Assembly (NCBI GenBank): GCA_964430565.1
Contig: CAYSFD010000016.1
Coordinates: forward strand, 78,902 to 142,901
Direction of reading: 5' to 3'
DNA length: 64,000 nucleotides
From: an uncultured Enterobacteriaceae bacterium
GTDB lineage: Bacteria > Pseudomonadota > Gammaproteobacteria > Burkholderiales > SG8-39
The translations under genes and the position numbers were made by a program. The number at the start of each line of letters is the position of its first letter. Within the stretch, counting starts at the first letter, position 1. The notes beneath the pieces are model-generated. The model had not been told where the DNA came from. It was given only the letters and a program-made list of their open reading frames with translations, and did no database searches. Positions 58,404 through 64,000 of the stretch are shown here, in pieces.

Positions 58404-60155
58404 CTATGCTGCGAGCTCCGCCTCGGCCGGTGGCTTGAGCGGCAGCCAGACCGTGAACTTGGTGCCGACGCCGACCTGCGATTCGACGTCGATGCGGCCG
58501 CCGTGCTGCTCGACGATCTTGTAGGAAATCGAGAGACCTAACCCGGTGCCCTTGCCGATCTCCTTGGTGCTGAAAAACGGATCGAAGATCTTCGGCAGCA
58601 CCTCCGGCGCGATGCCTTTGCCGTCATCCGCGATCTCGACCGCCACGCCGCCTTCCGCGCCGCGCGTGGTCAGCATGATCGTTCCGCGCTCGTTTGCCAT
58701 CGCCTGCACCGCATTGGTGATGAGGTTCAAAAATACCTGGTTGATTTGCGAGGGCGAACAGACGATGGCAGGAATATCTCCGAGCTCCCGCTTGACGAGG
58801 ACTGATTTCAACAGATGTTTGGCCAGCAGCAGCGTGCTCGCGAGACCTTCGTTCAGGTTGAAGCTGGTGACCTTGCTGCGATCCAGTCGGCTGAAGTCCT
58901 TGAGATTGCCAACGATCTCGGCCATCTGGCCGGTGCCGTGCAGGCCGTCCTTCACCAGAGCGCTCAATTCCTGCATCACGTTTTGCTGTCTGAGCTTCGC
59001 GACGCGCGCGGTGACCAGCGCGAACTGGCGCGAAAGCTCCTCGGCGTTGGCATTGGCGCCGGCCTGCAGCAGCGCGAGCAGCGTTTCGCTTTGCTCGACC
59101 GCGTCGCCCAGCTCAGGCAGCTTGTCGGCAACGGCGCCGAGGCTGTTCTTGACGTAGGCGAGCGGCGTGTTGATTTCATGCGCGACGCCCGCCACCATCT
59201 GCCCCAGAGAAGACATTTTTTCCGACTGAATCAATTGCGCCTCGGATTCCTTGAGGTGCTTCAAGGCTTCCGACAGCTCGCGCGTGCGTTCCTGGACACG
59301 GTGCTCCAGGCTGATGTTGGCGGCCCTGATCTTGGCGCCGAACCAGGCGAGCAGTATCAGGAGCGCGCCGGCGTAGGCGATGAGATAGACACGGAAACGT
59401 TCCTTCTCCAGCAGCGTCCCCTCGAGCTCGCGGTTGTACGAGAACGTCATGGCGTCCAGCCGCGGGCCGGGCGTCAGAGACGCCAGTTTCGCCAGCAGAT
59501 CCTGCTCGGCCGGCTTGTGTTTGAGCAGCGCCTCCCCGGCGGCGAGCAACTGCGTTAACGCAGCGCGCCCCGCCTCGGGCACAGCAGCGCTTTGCAACTG
59601 GGCAAGCGAGGCCTCCAAGTCCTTGCGTTGCGCGGCCAGGGCCAGCCAATAGTATTGAGCGGCGCCGACGGCGAGGCGGCTTGCCGCCGCTTCCAGCTCC
59701 GGCTTGCGCGGTTTCGACTCCAGGGCGTGCGCGCGGAGCTCGGCGGCTGCGACCAGCGTCGCCTGCAAGGCGGTCTTGGCGCCGGAGTTCTCGGTCTTGA
59801 ATCGTTCGACGAGTTCGGCTTTTTCGCGAATCGCTCTGACCAGCTCGGGCAGGCCGGTGGCGAGCGTCGGACTCTTCGTGCGCGTCGCGGCATCGTCCAG
59901 CGCCTGCAGGGCCCTTTCGGCGGCAGCGGTGCGGTTGATCGCCAACTCGGAGGCGCCCAACTCAAGGCGTGCGCGCAGCACATCGACGTCCCAGCGATCG
60001 TCGATCTCCCTCAATTCGCGCAGCGGACCCAGGATTTCGTTTTGCTCGCGAAGATCGAGCGCCTGGGTTTTGTCGTAAAGAAACGCGAGAACCCCCACCA
60101 GCACCAGCGAGGCGAGGCCCAGCAACAGGTTTTGCAGCACTTCAGATCTGTTCAT
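58404..60155 (-). CDS. sensor histidine kinase with a large helical extracytoplasmic domain
   Basis: TM1 LLLGLASLVLVGVLAFLY and TM2 VYLIAYAGALLILLAWFG flank ~250 aa of Ala/Leu/Glu-rich helices. H-box MVAGVAHEINTPL, N-box NLITNAVQA, G-boxes DDGKGI and GTGLGLSISY. Start at the ATG at 60155 (alternative 60164); the track gives 60194. Confidence 0.85.
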   Translation of the reverse strand: MNRSEVLQNLLLGLASLVLVGVLAFLYDKTQALDLREQNEILGPLRELREIDDRWDVDVLRARLELGASELAINRTAAAERALQALDDAATRTKSPTLATGLPELVRAIREKAELVERFKTENSGAKTALQATLVAAAELRAHALESKPRKPELEAAASRLAVGAAQYYWLALAAQRKDLEASLAQLQSAAVPEAGRAALTQLLAAGEALLKHKPAEQDLLAKLASLTPGPRLDAMTFSYNRELEGTLLEKERFRVYLIAYAGALLILLAWFGAKIRAANISLEHRVQERTRELSEALKHLKESEAQLIQSEKMSSLGQMVAGVAHEINTPLAYVKNSLGAVADKLPELGDAVEQSETLLALLQAGANANAEELSRQFALVTARVAKLRQQNVMQELSALVKDGLHGTGQMAEIVGNLKDFSRLDRSKVTSFNLNEGLASTLLLAKHLLKSVLVKRELGDIPAIVCSPSQINQVFLNLITNAVQAMANERGTIMLTTRGAEGGVAVEIADDGKGIAPEVLPKIFDPFFSTKEIGKGTGLGLSISYKIVEQHGGRIDVESQVGVGTKFTVWLPLKPPAEAELAA

Positions 60156-60385
60156 GTTTCTCATTCGCCCTGAAACGCGCCTGGGCGCCGGCACATCATC
60201 GTGCAGGGTTGTTCAATCGGCGCGGATTGCCAGCTCGTCGCTGGATCGGACTCGACGAGATCCCCAACTCGCCATCGGCAGCCCGACGTCGGGATTGCGG
60301 GTCGCTCCGCGACGCGTTACAGCATGATGCGGTCCCCGGGCTTGTCAGGTCAAGCGTGCCGTCAGCGGCTCTTGATGACGAGGGG

Positions 60386-61876
60386 TCAGCCGGTTTCGCG
60401 CTTGTCGCGCAGCGCGGGCGCGATCATGACAGCAAGGATCAGTACGCTGCCGATCACGAACGCGAGGCTCATCGGTCGCGTGAAGAACACGGTGGGGTCG
60501 CCGCGCGAGAGCAGCATCGCGCGGCGCAGGTACTCTTCCATCAGCGGCCCGAGAACGAAGCCGAGGATCAGGGGCGCGGGCTCGCACTCGAGCTTGACCA
60601 GCACGTAGCCGATCGCGCCGACGAGCGCGCACAGATAGACGTCCACCGCGTTGTTGTTCACGGCGTAGTTGCCGACGCAGCAGAACATGATGATCGAGGG
60701 AAACAGCCACCGGTACGGGACACGCAGCAGGCTCACCCAGATCCCCACGAGCGGCAGGTTGAGGACAACGAGCAGCAGATTGCCGATCCACATGCTGGCG
60801 ATGATTCCCCAGAAGAGCTCGGGGTTCGAGGTCATCACTTGCGGTCCGGGCGTGATGCCCTGCACGATCATGGCGCCCATCATCAGCGCCATGATGGCGC
60901 TCGAGGGAATGCCGAGCGTGAGCATCGGAATGAAATTGGTCTGCGCCGCGGCGTTGTTGGCCGCTTCGGGCGCAGCCACGCCCTCGATCGCCCCCTTGCC
61001 GAAGCGCGACGGATCCTTGGCGATCTTCTTCTCGAGCATGTAGGACACAAAGGAGGACAGCGCCGGCCCCGTCCCCGGCAGCACGCCGAACACGGAGCCG
61101 ACCGCCGTCCCGCGCACCGTCGGCCAGGTCGAGTCGCGGATGTCCTGGCGGCTCGGCATGAGATTGGATATCTTGCGCGTGAATACTTCGCGGGTTTCTC
61201 GGGAGGCGAGGTTGCTCACCACTTCCGCCACCGCGAAAAGGCCCACCACGATCACCGTGAAACCGATGCCGTCGTAGAGCTCCAGGACGCCGAAGGTGTA
61301 GCGCGCCATGCCCGAATTGACGTCGGCGCCGACCAGGCCGAGCAAGAGGCCCACGACGACCATGCAGAACCCCTTGACCATGTCGCCCTGGGTGAGGACT
61401 GCTGCCGCGACGAGCGCCATCAGCATCAGCGAAAAATATTCGGCCGCGCCGAACATCAGCGCCCACTCGGCGAGCAGGGGACCCGCGAGCGCGATCAGCA
61501 GCGTCCCCACACAGCCGGCGAAAAACGACGCCAGCGCCGCGACCGCGAGCGCCGGCCCCGCGCGACCCTGGCGCGCCATCTGGTAGCCGTCGAGACAGGT
61601 GACCGCGGAGGCCGTCTCGCCGGGCAGGTTGACGAGAATCGAAGTGGTCGAGCCCCCGTATTGCGCCCCGTAATAGATCCCGGCGAGCATGATGAGCGCC
61701 GCGACCGGCGGCAGCGTAAACGTGAGCGGAAACAGCATCCCGATCGCCACCAGCGGCCCGATTCCCGGCAGCACGCCGATCAGCGTGCCGAGCAGTACGC
61801 CCGCGAAGCAGTAACCGAGATTCTGCAGCGAGAACGCGACGCCGAAGCCGAAGGCGAGGTTGTTCAGGATATCCAC
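60386..61876 (-). CDS. tctA: tripartite tricarboxylate transporter large permease TctA
   Basis: 496 aa, about 12 TM. GVLPGIGP, YGGSTTSILVN(L)PGE and GVLPGTGP are duplicated TctA motifs. Confidence 0.9.
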   Translation of the reverse strand: MDILNNLAFGFGVAFSLQNLGYCFAGVLLGTLIGVLPGIGPLVAIGMLFPLTFTLPPVAALIMLAGIYYGAQYGGSTTSILVNLPGETASAVTCLDGYQMARQGRAGPALAVAALASFFAGCVGTLLIALAGPLLAEWALMFGAAEYFSLMLMALVAAAVLTQGDMVKGFCMVVVGLLLGLVGADVNSGMARYTFGVLELYDGIGFTVIVVGLFAVAEVVSNLASRETREVFTRKISNLMPSRQDIRDSTWPTVRGTAVGSVFGVLPGTGPALSSFVSYMLEKKIAKDPSRFGKGAIEGVAAPEAANNAAAQTNFIPMLTLGIPSSAIMALMMGAMIVQGITPGPQVMTSNPELFWGIIASMWIGNLLLVVLNLPLVGIWVSLLRVPYRWLFPSIIMFCCVGNYAVNNNAVDVYLCALVGAIGYVLVKLECEPAPLILGFVLGPLMEEYLRRAMLLSRGDPTVFFTRPMSLAFVIGSVLILAVMIAPALRDKRETG

Positions 61877-62328
61877 AGGTATCCCGCGATCAGCGGATAG
61901 GGGATCTTAAGCACGTACAGCAGCACGACCACCGCGAAAGCGCTCATGAGCGCGGTGAGGACGAGCACCTCTTTCAGGCGAAACTCGCGCCCGCCTGCAG
62001 CGCTCACCAGAAACACCGCGACCAGCGCCGGGACGAGACCAAGCCGCGCCATGAGAAAGCCGAACAGCACGATGGCGAGCGCGATCAGCAAAAGCGGCTT
62101 CCAGCCCCACTCGCCCTTCACCTTCTCGCCCGAGCGGATGCCGCGCACCGTCACCCAGGCGCCGAGCAGGATGAGAATGCCGCCGAGGACGGTGGGGAAC
62201 CAGGCCGGGCCCATGCGCATCGCATTGCCCATCGGGTAATCGCGGGCGACGACCACGGCGAGGACGCCGATCGCGATGAACAGCAGCCCGGCGAGGAAAT
62301 CCCTGTTGTTGCGCAGGTCGAGATTCAT
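61864..62328 (-). CDS. tctB: tripartite tricarboxylate transporter small permease TctB
   Basis: 154 aa from the ATG at 62328. Four TM (RDFLAGLLFIAIGVLAVVVARDYP…). Overlaps tctA by 13 nt. Confidence 0.8.
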   Translation of the reverse strand: MNLDLRNNRDFLAGLLFIAIGVLAVVVARDYPMGNAMRMGPAWFPTVLGGILILLGAWVTVRGIRSGEKVKGEWGWKPLLLIALAIVLFGFLMARLGLVPALVAVFLVSAAGGREFRLKEVLVLTALMSAFAVVVLLYVLKIPYPLIAGYLWIS

Positions 62329-62639
62329 GGCATTTAGCGGAGCCTGAGGAAGAAGCTCGGTTCGACAATCATGCGCACGCGACCCAGCGCCGGTCAAGGG
62401 AGCGCCTGACGCCCGATCGCCATTTGGGCGCCATGCCGTCAATCGCTCTGATGCGGTCCCCATTTCGGCCGATACCAATTGCGTGGATGGTCGCCCCTTG
62501 CTGCTGGCCGGGCGCTGGGCTAGCAGTCTCTGATCAGCGGGTCTAGAATGTCATCCGTTTTTGTAGGTCGGGGGTTCCGGCACCGAGTCCCGCCCGGTTG
62601 AGCGGGGTGTGGTTAGCTCATTGACTCAGGGAGAGAAAG

Positions 62640-62975
62640 ATGAAAGGACTTCTTACAGCACTGTGCGCTTTGATGCTTGCCGTGTCGCCGCTGGCGTTGG
62701 GGCAGGACAAGGCGGCGAAGAAGGAGCCGACCGAGGCACAGAAGAAGCAGCAGGAGCGCATGAAGTCGTGCAACGCGAGAGCCGGGGACAAGAAGCTCGA
62801 AGGCGACGCGCGCAAAACATTCATGAGCTCGTGCCTCAAGGGCGACGATTCCGGCCCCAGCGCCAAGCAGAAAGCGCAGCAGCAAAGGATGACGGACTGC
62901 AACAAGCAGGCGGGCAGCAAGAAACTCGAAGGCGACGCGCGCAAGACGTTCATGAGTTCCTGCCTGAAAGCGTGA
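62640..62975 (+). CDS. psiF: PsiF-repeat protein (phosphate-starvation-inducible PsiF family)
   Basis: Signal peptide plus two copies of Q(Q)RM..CN..AG.KKLEGDARKTFMSSCLK. SD is GGGAGAGAAAG. Confidence 0.85.
   Translation: MKGLLTALCALMLAVSPLALGQDKAAKKEPTEAQKKQQERMKSCNARAGDKKLEGDARKTFMSSCLKGDDSGPSAKQKAQQQRMTDCNKQAGSKKLEGDARKTFMSSCLKA
62742..62972 (+). repeat. in-frame tandem duplication (126-nt period) forming the two PsiF repeats
   Basis: 62790-62840 and 62919-62969 are near-identical at the DNA level (AAGAAGCTCGAAGGCGACGCGCGCAAAACATTCATGAG… versus AAGAAACTCGAAGGCGACGCGCGCAAGACGTTCATGAG…). Confidence 0.8.
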
Positions 62976-63078
62976 CGGCTCGGCCGGTTTGTTGCATGGT
63001 CGGAATCCTGCGGGGCATACTGGGAAACCGGTATGCCTCATATTTTTCAATGATTCTGGCCAATATGGCAGCACGGCA

Positions 63079-64000
63079 ATGAAGCGTGCTCTGGCTGCAG
63101 GCTTGCTCGCCTGCGCGGTCGTCTGCACCGCGCCTGCGTTCGCGCAGGTCAAGACCGTGCTGCGCATCTCCACCCCCGCGGTGCCCGACGATTGGCACGT
63201 GAAGATGCTCTACGTCTTCAGGGACGATCTCGCGAAGGCGGCGCCGGGGCGCTTTGACGTTCAGGTGCACCACTCGGGCACGCTTTTTCGGCAAGGGGCC
63301 GAGTCCGTGGCGATGCAGCGCGGCAATCTCGAGATGGCGCTTCTGTCGATGCAGGACATCGCGCGGCAGATCCCCGAGTACTCGATCTTCACCGCGGGCT
63401 ATCTCATCCGCGACCCCGATCACCTTGCGAAGGTCTATGGCGGGCCGATCGGCAAGGAGGTGAGCCGCAGGACCGCCGAAGCGATGGGAATCCAGTTGCT
63501 GCAGGCGATTTACCTCGGAACCCGGCAGGTCAGCTTGAGCCAGCCGAGAAAAGTAAGGGTCCCGGCCGACCTCTCGGGAGTGAAACTGCGCATGCCCGGC
63601 TCGAAAGAGTGGCTCTTCCTCGGACAGGCTCTCGGCGCGAGCGCTACGCCGATGCCTTTCACCGAGGTGTACCTCGGACTCAAGACCGGCACGATCGACG
63701 GCCAGGACAACCCGCTGCCGACGGTGAAGTCGGCGAAGTTCAACGAAGTGACACGCCAGATCGTGCTGACCGGGCATCTCGTGGACGTGCTGCAAATTGC
63801 GATTTCCGCGAAAACCTGGAGCGCGCTTTCGGCGGCGCACAGGGCCCAGGTGAAGAGAGCGGCAGCGAAGGCGGCGAAGTTCAACGACGACAATCGCGTG
63901 CGCGAGGAAAAGGAGCTGATCGAATCCTTCCGCTCGCAGGGCATCGAGATCACGATGCCCGACGTGGAAGCTTTCAGGAAGACCGTACAGGCGGCGTACC
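63079..64000 (+). CDS. TRAP transporter DctP-family substrate-binding protein; 3' end runs off the window (partial)
   Basis: Not in the track because it has no stop. My translation from the ATG at 63079: MKRALAAGLLACAVVCTAPAFAQVKTVLRIST…GVKLRMPGSKEWLFLGQALGASATPMPFTEVYLGLKTGTIDGQDNPLPT…, a typical DctP profile. Confidence 0.85.
   Translation, partial: MKRALAAGLLACAVVCTAPAFAQVKTVLRISTPAVPDDWHVKMLYVFRDDLAKAAPGRFDVQVHHSGTLFRQGAESVAMQRGNLEMALLSMQDIARQIPEYSIFTAGYLIRDPDHLAKVYGGPIGKEVSRRTAEAMGIQLLQAIYLGTRQVSLSQPRKVRVPADLSGVKLRMPGSKEWLFLGQALGASATPMPFTEVYLGLKTGTIDGQDNPLPTVKSAKFNEVTRQIVLTGHLVDVLQIAISAKTWSALSAAHRAQVKRAAAKAAKFNDDNRVREEKELIESFRSQGIEITMPDVEAFRKTVQAAY

Noticed and set aside
62501-62526. 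Possible third copy of the CTGCTG…CAGCAG inverted repeat (CTGCTGGC-N10-GCTAGCAG) upstream of tctB/psiF
   Set aside because: It has different spacer length, one arm mismatch and none of the flanking ~40 nt shared by copies A and B. It could easily be chance in GC-rich DNA.
62545-62575. Pho-box-like sequence (AATGTCATCCGTTTTTGTAGG) upstream of psiF
   Set aside because: Only one half resembles CTGTCAT; the second half and the spacing do not fit the two-repeat Pho box. Not supportable without a genome-specific PhoB motif.

Overview
GC-rich, strongly GC3-biased chromosomal segment that looks betaproteobacterial (Burkholderiales-type). I call about 63 protein genes. By eye I found no rRNA, tRNA, CRISPR array, transposase or integrase. 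Many long ORFs in the track are antisense or out-of-frame artefacts of the high GC content. I chose frames by recognisable protein families, signal peptides and Shine-Dalgarno (SD) sequences, and trimmed several starts. The track translates GTG and TTG starts as M. Content: (1) Nine Bug/TctC-type periplasmic binding-protein genes but only one tctBA permease pair. (2) A non-phosphorylative sugar-acid oxidation cluster at about 21-36 kb, with an ABC sugar importer, SDR, IlvD/Edd dehydratase, SMP-30 lactonase and a DHDPS-family enzyme. (3) Scattered oxygenase/hydrolase catabolic genes: two TauD, IorAB-type molybdoenzyme, amidohydrolases, HpcH aldolase, D-aminoacylase. (4) Two toxin-antitoxin modules (AbrB/PIN and MNT/HEPN) and a YafY/WYL regulator. 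(5) A yjfL-yjfC-yjfM-like module. (6) A secreted formamidase-like protein with a ZnuA/ZnuB-like pair that lacks an ATPase. (7) An apparent three-gene operon at about 53.6-60.2 kb, the most unusual locus: sensor histidine kinase, then a Hanks Ser/Thr kinase fused to two receiver domains, then an outer-membrane metalloprotease/propeller/Omp85-barrel fusion, with a second Omp85 protein convergent to it. Non-coding signals: three FNR-type boxes (two are exact reverse complements), a ~65-nt intergenic element present twice (beside the WYL-regulator operon and beside the MNT/HEPN module), and two REP-like palindromic elements inside the ABC transporter operon. All family assignments come from reading motifs by eye, not from database searches.
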